From Octopus vulgaris (Eukaryota), in contig OX597814.1 in assembly GCA_951406725.2 (NCBI GenBank), positions 101,866,001 to 101,930,000 on the forward strand: 64,000 bases of DNA. The letters are read 5' to 3'. Below the pieces are notes generated by a model. That model did not search any database and was not told where the DNA came from. It was given only the letters and a program-made list of their open reading frames with translations. The number at the start of each line of letters is the position of its first letter. Within the stretch, counting starts at the first letter, position 1. The position numbers and the translations under genes are program-made. Below are positions 27,401 through 39,456 of this stretch, one piece after another.

Positions 27401-28090
27401 ATTTTTGCTTACATATGATAATGATAACATATATATTTACATAAGTATATACAATATTTAAATTCTAATACTTTCCTGAACAATAGCATAAAATATACTA
27501 TAACATAAGCAAAAAAAAAAGGATTCATCTGGTTTTACATTGTTTTTTTTTTGTTTTTTTTTTCAAAAATCTACTGGATAAGAGGTTAACAAAGACTCTC
27601 ATCTTTACCAGGTTTATTTTTAGATTTCTTGATTCTAAGGCTTGCAATGCTGTTTGGAACTTTTCCTCTAAATCTATGACCAATTCAGCTATGAGGACTT
27701 TATTGCCACTGTACAGGAATATCCACAGACAGCCAATCTTAAAATCCTCTTTTATAACTTGGATAACTATAATAAACAGGAGGTGGCTAAGAATCAAAAT
27801 CTGATGGATTACCTACTTACAATTTAAATTCCATACCCAAACTGAACCTATTGCTAACTCACTGACAGCACCCATTTCATTATTCTTTTAGCTTTCACCA
27901 TTCTTTTACAACAATTTTTCTTAACCCATACTAAGAAGTGTAGAACCCTTTCAAAGGCTTTCCCAACACCAACGAAAGCTAGATATAGTGGTTTGTTCTA
28001 AGCTAAGAATCTCTCTTGTTGTCTCATTCAGACAAAAGCATTGGTGGTACCACATCCGGGCACAAATCTGACCAGCATTTTATATAAACT
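24500..28090 (-). mobile_element. Old, highly decayed RTE LINE split by the piggyBac element
   Basis: 27590-28090 gives ILSHLLFIIVIQVIKEDFKIGCLWIFLYSGNKVLIAE, homologous to VLSPLLFIIVLQAITEEFKTGCPWELLYADDLAL. 24750-25245 resembles the downstream part of the young RTE at 21400-21850. Confidence 0.65.
25249..27585 (+). mobile_element. Near full-length decayed piggyBac (PGBD4-like) transposon; pseudo-transposase ~25566-27260
   Basis: Acidic N-terminus MSSDSEIDD; SVDESLILYKGRLGWIQYL...RFGVKYFMLCESDSGY; LTVDNFYAY; DYNFTMG*VDKLDQ; Cys-rich C-terminus. Ends tgaa-CCCCTTG...TAAGAGG-ttaa. Several stops and frameshifts. Confidence 0.88.
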
Positions 28091-28544
28091 AATTCTTTTT
28101 TTTCTGTGTGTGTACTTTGATGAATGACTTGAGGCATTGTCATTACTCTTGAGTTTCTGTGAATTCATACATCCTCAGATAACTGTTATGAGAAAATGAA
28201 AATTATAATTATGACCATTCATGTTTCAGAATAACAGTGTTTAGAATGCATATAAATTTGCAGAAGCTAAAGTCTGACAACACCAGTAGTGAAGTTTAGT
28301 TAATTTACTTCACTACTGGTACTGAATATATTTACACCTTGGTTACCATTAATTTAAATATGTACATGTTCATTTTTCAGCAGATTTTTGTCTTTGTTTT
28401 TTATCTTTACAATTTATTTCTGATTTCTGTTGTTAGTTACCAATTTGATGAAGAAGACACCATCATAGGTTCAAGACTTTAAGAAAAGTAGAGGCAATCA
28501 CTCATTCTGGTATAAAATGCTTCTTTTGTTTTTGATTCTTGCAG

Positions 28545-28598
28545 AATAAAGATGGTGCTGATGATGATGATGCAAATTCCGCTGGTGGATTTGTCACA
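28545..28598 (+). CDS. sowah: Coding exon (54 nt, phase 0-0): NKDGADDDDANSAGGFVT, acidic linker before the ankyrin region
   Basis: Pyrimidine tract plus ttgcAG (28543-28544); GTAAGT at 28599; 18 open codons in frame with the next exon. Confidence 0.8.
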
Positions 28599-28779
28599 GT
28601 AAGTTATTTCAAATATCTTTTAACATTTATCTTAAGTTTTCACATCTAATTTTAGAGAATGATCTCATCTACATTCCACTTTTAAGTGAAGTAGATGTGA
28701 GAAAATATTCCTTGCCTCATCAAACCTCGGTATTTTATGTGAAGACCACTCAGTAATGCATCTAAGTTCTTGACAGGCT

Positions 28780-29377
28780 AAAACTTATTTAAAATATTTG
28801 GTGTATGGTAGAAGTATAAGCTATTACATACAAATTTTAACTCCAAAATTTTATATGGATCCTCAAGAGCCATATGGACCCTGGTTGAGAACCACTGATC
28901 TAGAGAAATATTCAACAGAGTATTGCACTTGGTCATCTGGTGGTCATCAAGAAAACCAAGTGTAGATAAATGATTCATACTGAAAATTAGCAAGTTCAAA
29001 GTAGAATTTACCCAGCTGATAGGAATCCATCAAGGCTTAGTTCTTAACCTTTTCCTTGTTTTATTATAGCTCTTCAGGATATAGCAGAAGTTTCAACTGG
29101 CAGTTAGGGATATTTTTTCTGTTTGCTCATAAACTAATTCACACATATGGCTCTTGAGGATCCATATAAAAGTTTGGAGTTAAAATTTGTATGTAATAAA
29201 TTGCTTATACTTCTACAATACACCAAATATTTTAGATAAGTTTTTTTTTTGTACAATTCCAAATAATGTTTAATTATAAAAATATTAAACATGGAATGGT
29301 TATGAGGATCCATCTGATTGAAACAGGAATCAAGGGGATCCAGAGGCAAAAAATGGTTAAGAATCACTGCTCTAGAT
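28780..29377. mobile_element. hAT (Charlie/Buster-type) MITE with CTCTAGAT target duplication, rearranged by inversion, inside an RTE remnant
   Basis: Ends CAGTGGTTCTCAACC (minus strand, from 28897) and GGTTAAGAATCACTG (ending 29369); flanks ATCTAGAG (28898-28905) and CTCTAGAT (29370-29377). Confidence 0.75.
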
Positions 29378-29803
29378 CAACAAATACAGTACATAGATGT
29401 CCTTAGCCAAAAGCAAGCCACTGTGGTTCTTTTATTGGTGAGAAAATATCAGTAGTGACCCATTCTGTTGCAAACCTGAACTGTTTCATATCTCAGTTAA
29501 TTTTCTTTCTAAATTGTTATGCTATAACTCTTCTATTTGCATAACTTTTTTGATATCAAGAAGGAAGTGCAGTTACTCATGACCCTTTGAAAAAGTCTCT
29601 CAGGCTAATGGAAGGGAGGGTGGAAAGCATCTTAGAAATTTCAGTGTGTGTGTGTGTGCATGAGTGTGTGAGTGAGATGAATTCTCAAAATTAAAATTTT
29701 TTTTCCACAGTTATTTGTAGTTTGTCTTAATTTTAATTTTAACTAATTACTTCATTAACTGTTTCATTTTGGTTTCTAAATTATATTTTTTTTAATTAAA
29801 CAG

Positions 29804-29905
29804 CTCTCTGATGAGCAAAAAGTTTGGATGAAGCAGTCAGCTAATTGTGATTATCAAGAACTAAGTAAACTTCTATCAAAAAATCCGTCCCTTGCTAAAG
29901 AGAGG
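29804..29905 (+). CDS. sowah: Coding exon (102 nt, phase 0-0): LSDEQKVWMKQSANCDYQELSKLLSKNPSLAKER
   Basis: U-rich tract plus aacAG (29802-29803); GTAAGT at 29906. The L-x-x-x-x-x-x-W-M...D-Y..L..LL..P.LA..R pattern matches the segment I recall preceding the first ankyrin repeat in SOWAH proteins. Confidence 0.88.
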
Positions 29906-30288
29906 GTAAGTTTAACTCATTGCTTATAAACAACACAGACTCACACACTTGTATAAGTGATTTATTATGATTTACACCATGTTAGTTATAGTTCTAACCA
30001 TACAGCTGTGATGTGAAAAGGGCAACAATTTTATGCTTTTTCACCAAGCAACTAGGATTTTGATAACTTTCCATGTGGTCCTTATGCCAACATCTTAATT
30101 TACATGCATTGTTCTTTGAGAGATAGATTTAATGTTTTTCATTTCTAATGCTTTAAGGTTAACTTTATTGAATATCAGACTCTATTCATTGTATGAAAGT
30201 CACATTATTTTGGCTCTTTCAATTAGCCTAGTTAAAAACACATGCCATTCAAAGTACATGTTGACACCATTGTGTGTGTGTGTGTATG

Positions 30289-30331
<43 letters not shown>

Positions 30332-30364
30332 GTGTGTGTGTGTGTATATTTATATAGATATATA

Positions 30365-30399
<35 letters not shown>

Positions 30400-31108
30400 G
30401 CAAGTGTGTGTGTCTTTGTGTGTCCCCGACTACTGCTCGAAAACTGATGCTGGTTTGTTTACATCCCTGTAAAAGTTCTGGGGTTGATTCATCCATTAAA
30501 GATTCTTCAAGGCGGTGCCCCAGTCTAAATGACTGAAATAGATAAAAAAATGTGTGTTTGTGTGTATGTAAGTAGGTAGTTAAGTTTGCTTATTGGCTGA
30601 AACCAATAATGCCTACTACTTCCAGTCTCCGTATGTGAAAAAATTGTCATTTGTCAGGCTCTTCTATATAAGGAGATTGCATCGGTATTAATATTCACCT
30701 GACCAAGCTAAATGATTCCTTCACTTTACAGTATTTAATACTATTCCTTTCATTCATTACTGCTGTTACTTTCTATGTGTATGTGTGTAATTTTATTGAA
30801 ATATTAAATCATTACTTTATGCTGTCTTGTATAACCAAAACTATTCTACCCAAGAGAACAACCGAAACTTCCCCACCGCCTTCCAAAACATAAATGAATA
30901 AAAATAGTAACACGATACAGTAGTATCTAAGGCCTTACAAGAAACAACTGAAAAAATAATTTGTAGATACAAACAAATTGCTTTACTAAATAGTTTATTA
31001 TTATTGTTCTTCTTTAGGAATTTGGCCCTGCTACTTGTCTTTTAATTACCCATTTCATTTACAAATCTGCTTTTCTCTAATATTGCTAGTCTTAGAAATA
31101 TATTAACA

Positions 31109-31481
31109 CTAGCAGTATTGCCCGGCGTTGCTCAGGTTTGTAAGGGAAATAACTATAAAGCATTTTTAGAGAGTTATAGCCAAAAAAATGGAAAAAATGA
31201 TGGTAAATTTTTTTTGAGAGTTAAAAAAGGTCGAGTTGCGTCCCCTAGACCATCTGTGGTTTGTGTTTCTGATTCTCGACCCCATGTCGAATTTATCGAT
31301 TTTTTTCAGAACTGGGGGAACTTTTCGAAATTTTCGCTGCGTTAGTTTTGAATTATGACATTGGGCTATGTGTGTGTCAAGTTTCATCAGAATCGGTTGA
31401 AAGCCGTGGTCAAGGTGAGGGTACAACCTAACAGACACACAGAAACACACACAGACAAACTGCCGTTTATATAGAGAGAGA
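31109..31481 (-). mobile_element. Non-autonomous Helitron-like element
   Basis: On the minus strand: 5'-TC start, CTAG 3' end, inserted between A and T, GC-rich subterminal imperfect hairpin (31120-31136), short (TG)/(TCTG) repeats near the 5' end. Confidence 0.7.
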
Positions 31482-32140
31482 TATTTAAAATAGAGACCTT
31501 GCTGTTCATAAATTAATCCACATATAATTATTTGTAATTGTATAAAATGTACATATTCCACTAAGAGCAATTCTATTTAGAATTAATCTTTCCATACAAT
31601 TTTTTTTACATTACATACTTAAAAACCTATTTTATTTTGTTGTCTAGGCTTGATCATTAATTACATGTTAACAGCTAAGCATATTAATGTTACAACAAAG
31701 CATATTAATTCAAATATAATGTTAAAGGGTAACAAAATTCAAAGAAATACATGAGATCAGGATTCACACATTATCACACATTTTTAACACTTTTCATATA
31801 ATTTTTATACTTGTTCTGGATGCCTGATTGTATTTAGACAAGTGCTTCCCTCACTTTCAGTTTTCTCTGTGGTCATTAAGATACAAGTCAATCAACTATA
31901 CCACTTCCTTGCAAATTTGTGGCCCTATGTGAAAGATAGCAGGACCATTAGCAAGACTTGCAAAATGCTTAGCAGCATTTCATCTGTCTCTATGTTCTTA
32001 GTTCAAATTCCATTGAAGTTGACTTTACCGTTCATCCTTTCAAGGTCAACAAAATAAATACCAGTTGAACACTGGGGCCAATGTAATCAAATTATCCCCT
32101 TCCCCAAAATTGCTGGTCTTGTGCTAAAATTTGAAGCCAT

Positions 32141-32166
32141 TATTATTATTATTATTAGTATTATTA

Positions 32167-32258
<92 letters not shown>
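32141..32258. repeat. Compound (TAT)n/(TAG)n microsatellite forming a SINE tail
   Basis: Directly visible. Many other (TA)n, (TG)n and (CT)n runs occur, e.g. 1-28, 5870-5935, 6216-6262 and 17810-17884. Confidence 0.95.
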
Positions 32259-32259
<1 letters not shown>

Positions 32260-33358
32260 CAACAGGTCAGTATAGAGCTGAACAAAATGCCTTGTGGTAT
32301 TAAGTTACATTTATTTACATTCTATGTTCCCTTCCAGGGTTGAATTTACTATTCACCCTTTTGGGGTTTATGAAATAAACACCAGACATATATTGGAATG
32401 GATTAATATGAATAACACTCCACCCTAAATTTGGGCTTGTGCCTAATAAATATCCTTGCTACTATGGCAAGCAAACTCGTGCCAAGTATGCATTGCTGTT
32501 TTAATTGTATTACATTATGTAGCTTGAGATCTCACATTTCTCAATTCAAATCCCATATAATTGGTTTTGCATTTTGTTAGTGCCTGACATAAATAAAATA
32601 AGTACTAAGGGTTGATTCAATGGATTTGCAACCCACAGATATTTTGTATTTCTGCCAATGTGATAAGGACTTTTGTACATGTACTTGAACACATGTTAAG
32701 CACTTAGCTAGCAAGTGAATACAATATCTCCGTTAACTATATTGGTGTTCAGCTATGAATGTTAGAACATTAAGTAAATGAGCTATGGCTCTCTTCACTA
32801 GTTGAGTTCTAGTCTGTCACAGGCAACATGTTCTGAAGTTTTGAAACTTATTCCACACTGTAAATTAAATTTGAGATTGTAGATGTCAATGCCCAACCTA
32901 GAGACAAAATCATGCCTGCAGCATACATTGCACTTACAATCCATTTAACCTTTTCATTAGCCTATAGTATTTATTTGAAAGGTGAACTTAGAGTAGTTGA
33001 TTAATTTGAGGTGCTCATTTTATCATTAATTTTGTTATGAATTTACAGTTGTTGCAACTGATTCCATTCTAAATGAAGTTTGATTAGAAAAACAGATTTT
33101 AAATATTAAACACTCCCTGAACTGCATTAGCAGTAATTAAAAAGTAAACAGCCATGCATTCAACTCATTTAATATGCTCTGATGTTTTTGTAATTAATGA
33201 AATTTCATTTTCTATTAAGCAACCTAATTATTTTTTTATCTTTCATTATGATTCCTGTTAAATTCTAGTTATGTTTTCAAAAATCTATTGGCACACTTTC
33301 ATTGTCTGTTTCTTTTTGCTTTTCTTTTTTTCTTTCATGCTACCATTTTGAAATCCAG

Positions 33359-33370
33359 AGTTTTATTAAT
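33359..33370 (+). CDS. sowah: 12-nt microexon AGTTTTATTAAT = Ser-Phe-Ile-Asn
   Basis: AG-free zone 33269-33356, ccAG acceptor (33357-33358), GTAAGTAAA donor at 33371. Supplies the family DFxx-equivalent residues in frame. Confidence 0.8.
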
Positions 33371-35011
33371 GTAAGTAAAGAAATTGTCTCCATTCTAATT
33401 ATCATAATGCTTTAAAATTATTTTCCAGTCTTTTTTTTTTTTTTTGCTAATTGTTAGAAAATGAATGCATTCTACTTTGTTATATGCAATCACATGTGAA
33501 ATGCAACTCCTAAATATAAATGGAAACAGATTGAAAATGTTAACCTTTAGTTTGATAAGACCCCACATTTTACAAAACCTCATTAAGTTTGTTTGAGACC
33601 TAGAAGTGAACCTTTGTTATATTTTTAATACAATCATTTTAATCTCACTCCCTGCTGTTTTTGCCATGGTAATTACTAAAAGTAAAATAAGGCATAAATA
33701 TATAGAGAGCATTGTTTAAAAATATAACTAAAGCCTGCATATGGCCCAACCAATGCCGCTATAGAACATGTATGTTAAATGATGATAATTTTATATATGT
33801 GCCCATATCCATTAGAGTCCAACAAACTGTCTATAAGGCTAAGCGCTTTATAGATGCAAAACCATTGGTCACTCTATGACTGGCCATGTAATTAACTTCC
33901 TATAAATTATATATATATATATATATGTATGTATGTACGTACACACACACATGCGCACACACACACACACACTCATAGAGAGAGATAGATGTGGTTGCGT
34001 GGTTAGGAAGGTTACTTTTAGGTTTAGTCTCATTGTGTGGTACCTTAAGCAAGTGTCCCTGTCATATAAGCAGTGTTATTCATTTCTAATTTTTCGTGAA
34101 AACATGCCTGGCAATGGGACAGTATTATCTTGCTTGGAAACCGGTGAGGGTAGGCAAGAGAAAGGACATCCAGCTACAAGTAATCTGCCCCAATAAACTC
34201 TGAGCCTTGTAGGCATGGAAAAGTAAACATTGAAAGAGCTTTCAGCTGTAGGAAATCTGCATCAACAAATTCAATCTAACCCAAGCGAGCACAGAAAAGT
34301 GGATGTTAAATGATGAGTTTTATAGTGATGATGATGCTGAATCGCAGTAGAAACTTAGTCAAAAGAAGCAGGTTGTACATATAGTAATAGTCAACAATTG
34401 GTGAGCCCTAAATGACAGTCAATAAACCCAGCTCTGACTTCAACATAGGATGGCTTCCATTAGTATATATATGCTGAAATTTAATATTTATTCTATGCAA
34501 TGGTGGCATGATGATTAATAATGACACTGAAACCCAGTCTAGAGTTCAAAGACTAAAGAAAATTAGATAATAGATTGATCAAAATGATATGAAGAATAAA
34601 GATACATGAATGAGGAGAGTAACACTTGAGAGCATTTAATTTAGTTTAGCAATAACAGATGTAAGAGATTCATTTGTATAATCAGTCTCAAGGACTTTAG
34701 AGAAGAGTTGAAAGAGATTAGCATTTAAGATGCTTTTCTAAAGCTGGAATACCTTATGTCATTAACTGAGAAATTTTCTTGAGAGGATAAGATTTTCTTT
34801 TGCTTTCTAGGAATCTGGAATAAAGGTAAAAACAAATTATTAAAATTGAGACTGAAATTGTGTGGCAGCGTAATTTTACATAATGTATGTGTTATGTCAA
34901 GCCACAATTGGAAAGAGACAAATACACACACACACATGCACACACACAAGCAAGAAATACCTATCTGTCTGTAATTTTCTCGCCTCCCTCTCTCTCAGTA
35001 TATATATATAT

Positions 35012-36003
35012 ATCATCATCATCGTTTAGTGTCCGTTTTCTATGCTGGCATGGGTTGGACAGTTCGACTGGGGTCAGGAAAGCCAGAAGGCTGCACCAGA
35101 CTCCAGTCTGATTGGGCAGTGTTTCTACAGCTGGATGCCTTTCCTAACGCCAAGCACTCCAAGAGTCTAGTGGGTGCTTTTTACATGCTACCAGCACGAG
35201 AGCCAGTCAAGGCATTGCTGGCATTGGCCATGTTCAGATGGTGCTTTTTACATGGCATTGGCACAGAAGCCAGTCAGAACGAGGAGGCTGGCATCGACGA
35301 TGTTCTGATGGTGCTTTTTATGTGTCACCAGCAAAGGGACCACAACTACAATTTCCATTTGATTGTAATTTGATTTCATTTGATGTTGCTGTATTTGACT
35401 TAGTAGTTCTCCTCAAGCATGGCATGTTGCCCTATGATCCAAGGGTACTTTTGAGTTGGCTGGTTATGCGACACTGGTGTAGGTTACAGCTATGATCTCC
35501 CTTTATTTGCCAGGTCTTCTCAGTCACAGCATATCTCCAGAGGTCTCTGTCTTTCGTCATTTCCTCTGTGAGGCCCAGCATTCAAAGGTCATGCTTCACC
35601 ACCTCATCCCATGTCTTGCTGGGTCTCCCTCTACCCCGGATTCCTTCCACTGTTTGGGAGTGACATTTCACACAGCTTCCCTCATCTGTCCGTAATACTT
35701 GACCATACCAGCGCAAATGTCTTTCTTGCACACCACGTCCAATGCTTCTTATGTCCAACATTTCTTTCAGGGCGCTTACACTCTGTTTGTGTGTGCACAC
35801 TGACATTACACATCCAGCGGATCATGCTAGCTTCATCTCTTTCGAGCCTATGCATGTTGTCAGCAGTCACAGTCCATGTTTCACTGACATGAAGCATGGC
35901 AGTTCGCATACATGCATCATACAATCTATCTTTCACTCTGGGCAAGAAGCTCTTTGTCACCAGTAGGGGTAGAAGCTGTCTGAACTTTGCCCAGGCAGTT
36001 CTT
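35012..36003 (-). mobile_element. 5'-truncated RTE LINE 3' kilobase, flanked by (TA)n
   Basis: ORFs RVKDRLYDACMRTAMLH..ETW and RWYGQVLR...RGRGRPSKTWDEVV; 3' UTR and (GAT)n tail as in the 20744 copy. Confidence 0.9.
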
Positions 36004-36840
36004 ATATATATATATATATATATTGTATATACAAATCACTCACAAGGCTTTGGCCCAGAAGGTACCTGCTCAAGATACCATGCAGTGGGACTGAACCTGA
36101 AAGCATATGGTTAGCAAGCAAACTTCTTAATCACACAGCTACATCTGCACATATATATATGGGTGCAAGCATGGTTTTATGGTTAAGCAGTTTGCTTCCC
36201 AATTACATGGTTCCAAGTTCAGTCCCACTACATGGTACCTTGAGCAAATGTCTTCTATAACCCTGGGCTGACTAAAACCTTTAAGGGATTTAATAGTTGG
36301 AAACTAAAAGAAGCTCGTCTTTGTGTGTGTGTTCTTGTCTTGACACCACCTGATAGTTGTACATGTGTGTCACTATCACACAAGAAATGTTATTCATTTC
36401 CAATCTTCTGCTAAAACATGTTAGGTCATGGGGAAATAACCTTGCTTGGAAATAGATGAGGATTGATGACAAGAAGTTGCATCTGGCCATAGAAAATCTT
36501 CCCTGATTAACTCCATCCATCAAGTTTTTTCTCACAGAGCACTAGTTAATTCTAGAATATAACAGAGGACACTTAGCCAAGTGGAAACCATGGAAATCAC
36601 ATGGAAACCATGCTTTTTGTGTTGACTATTATAGTATTCAGAGGGATAGAACATTGAGTGCTTAGTCAATATACATTGCTTTGTATCAATATCACAATGT
36701 GTATATGTGCTTGTGTATATTTATTTGTTTAGCTGTAAGAGAAGCTGATGATCAGTCAAAAATTGTAATATATGTATAATGTCGTTTTTCTTTCATATTT
36801 TGGTATTACTGTTGAATTTCTGAATTTGGAATCACTTCAG

Positions 36841-36843
36841 GGT
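36841..36843 (+). CDS. sowah: 3-nt microexon GGT = Gly
   Basis: AG-free zone 36756-36838; cacttcAG|GGT|GTAAGTAAA. Supplies the conserved Gly of the ankyrin G-x-T-[AP]-L-H motif in the correct order. Confidence 0.75.
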
Positions 36844-39453
36844 GTAAGTAAATTTTCTTTTCTCATTGTTAAAAAAAAGATATGCAAATCTTTGAAATAA
36901 CTCTTTATATTAAAAGCCTCCCTGTTATAATGTATCTGGGTCAGTTGTTGGCAGTAGGAAAGAATAATACTGAGGCCAATTAATTTGCATTCTGTCTGAA
37001 AGTTGTATCAATAAGAAGCCATTGTAATAAGCTTAGTGTTCCTGTATGACAAAGCTCTCATTTATCAATTAATCTTTTTCTATTCACAACAAAATGTGTT
37101 TCTACTAGAACCAACAACATTCTCAGAAATTATTGGAAAATGTTGAGTACAAATGTTTATCTCGTGCATGGAGATGTTCCAGGATTTGATCTAGTGTTTT
37201 AGAGTTATTTGATTAAAACTGATTGGCATGGGGGTTAGTTTCCGAAGCAGTTTTTACAAATCTGGAAAATATAGTTTTCTTTTTGTAATTGAATAATGAA
37301 AATAGAAATTAAGTTTTCAAAAATCATTTTGTTACTCTTCAAACTTTAGTTGCAATTACTCCCTGTCTACTTATTCAGACATGGTTCTTTTCTGCTGATG
37401 GGGGCTGCTAAATTACATATGGGACTTAAATATGCTTTAGTGGGGTTGAAACTGTTGTCAGTGCACAAACAAGATCACTATCACTGTGCCCAGTGGTAAG
37501 CTGGCAAAATCATTTGCATGCTGGACAAATTTTGCCAAGGTCAACTTTGCCTTTTATCCATTTGGAGGTCGATTAAATGAGCACCAGTTGAGCTCTGGGT
37601 CAAAGTAATTGACTAGCCTTATCCTCCCAAATTGCTGGTAAAAAAATTACTGTGCCCAACAAAGGCATAACATTTTCACTCTACTTTGCTTATTTCTTTG
37701 ATGATTGAATTTTTCTGCTAAATTGTGATGTAGCTTCATCAATGCTGAGAAGAGTAGACTTGTCATACAATTTTTGAAATTTTGCTTTTCACTTGCTTAG
37801 TCTGTCCATCCTTGCTAGTGAAGCTTCTTTCCCACATCTTGCCTATGACTTGTTAAGGTTAGAGTTATGGATTAAGATAAACATGCATTGTCCATTTCGA
37901 AATGATATTTACTGTGATGATTATTTTAAAAGACATCATCATTGCAGGTGGAACCACTTCATACGAGTGTCATCTCTTGTGTTCTTAGAAATATTATATT
38001 TCAAGAAAGTTTCTTATTAGAATATAGTATATATTACATAGTGTTTTGTTGTGTGAAGCGCAGCGTATCACTATATGTATTTTGCATTGTATGCCTCAGC
38101 CTTTTTGCTATTGCATTGGTTGGAGATGATCTTTTTATTAATAGTTATATATTAATTTAGTACATTAAGTGACAAAGTGAAGATAGCCACTCAATATGAG
38201 TTTGAAACATGAAAAAAAGCAGTATGATGCTGAAGAAATTGTAGGCTTTTATATGCATGTGTTTTGCAGATGTGGTGGCCAAACACAGCAGTAACTATGA
38301 CCTGTAGTCAAAATTGAATAGAAGTCTGTAAAAGATAAAATGATATTAAAGCTGGATTCATTCATTAAGCACTGCAGTCTTGCATCACAAAGTTGTTCTT
38401 AACCTAGCATTCTTCAAGATATATGCTTAAGATTAGTTACACATAGCAAGCCTAAATTAAGTATCACTGGGCAGGCCCTTCTGACTTAGCAGCCCTGAGA
38501 CTATAGAAAAGAGTGCAGTCAAGGACATTTGATGTTAATATCTTGAGGCAGATATCAGCTGAAAAGAAAACCCCTAAAACAGAAACCTTAGAAAGCCCTA
38601 GATGTTTGGAAAATATTTTATCAGCGACCTATGCTCTCAGAGACGATGTGATCGATGTGATTAATAACACCCTAAGAAATAAAATGAAACCTATTATTCA
38701 GTAAAAGAAATTAACCCTTTAGCATTCATACTACTCTGTCAACTGTATTACTGGCACTCCATCAATTACAATGACAAGGGTTCCAGTCATTCCGATCAAG
38801 GAAACGGCCTGCTTGTGAAATTAACGTGCAAGTAACTGAGCACTCTACAGACACAGTGTGTGACAAGGCTGGACCTTTGAAATACAGATACTACTCATTT
38901 TTGTCAGCTGAGTGGACTGGAGCAACATGAAATAAAGTGTCTTGCTCAAGGACACAATGTGTCACTGGGAATTGAACTCACGACCTTGCGATCATGAACC
39001 AAATACCCTAACCACTAAGCCACACACCTTCACTGTGTGTGCCAACTATAATGCTCGGTTATTCACATTGTTTTGTGGTTTTGAGATTTCAGTGATGTGA
39101 TTGTTTATTTTACAATGACATTGTAGAGAAGGTGTAAGAGGTTGGATACAACCAGTTTGAACATTAAATGGGTGAAATATTTTGGCCGGATATGACAGGT
39201 TTAAATGTTAAAGGGTCAATGTGCCTAATAACATTTTGTATCTGACATAGTTTGAGCTTATGTTCTATGATATTTGTACTCTTAATATATTTAGTTTAAC
39301 ATAAATTTATGTCTGTATGCATGCATATATATATATCTGTTAATTTTTTAATGTATTTCATACTTTTCTCACTACTCTCTTTTCATTTTTTTTTTTTTTT
39401 GATTTGCAAATTTATCCTGGAACTCTGAATATTTATTTGGTTTCCTCAAACAG

Positions 39454-39456
39454 TAT
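39454..39456 (+). CDS. sowah: 3-nt microexon TAT = Tyr
   Basis: AG-free zone 39295-39451; ctcaaacAG|TAT|GTAAGTAAA. Supplies the aromatic residue of G[YF]TALH in the correct order. Confidence 0.75.

Noticed and set aside
36731-36740. ttAG|CT|GTAAGA 2-nt candidate near the Gly microexon
   Set aside because: Frame-shifting, short AG-free zone, not needed for the protein motif.
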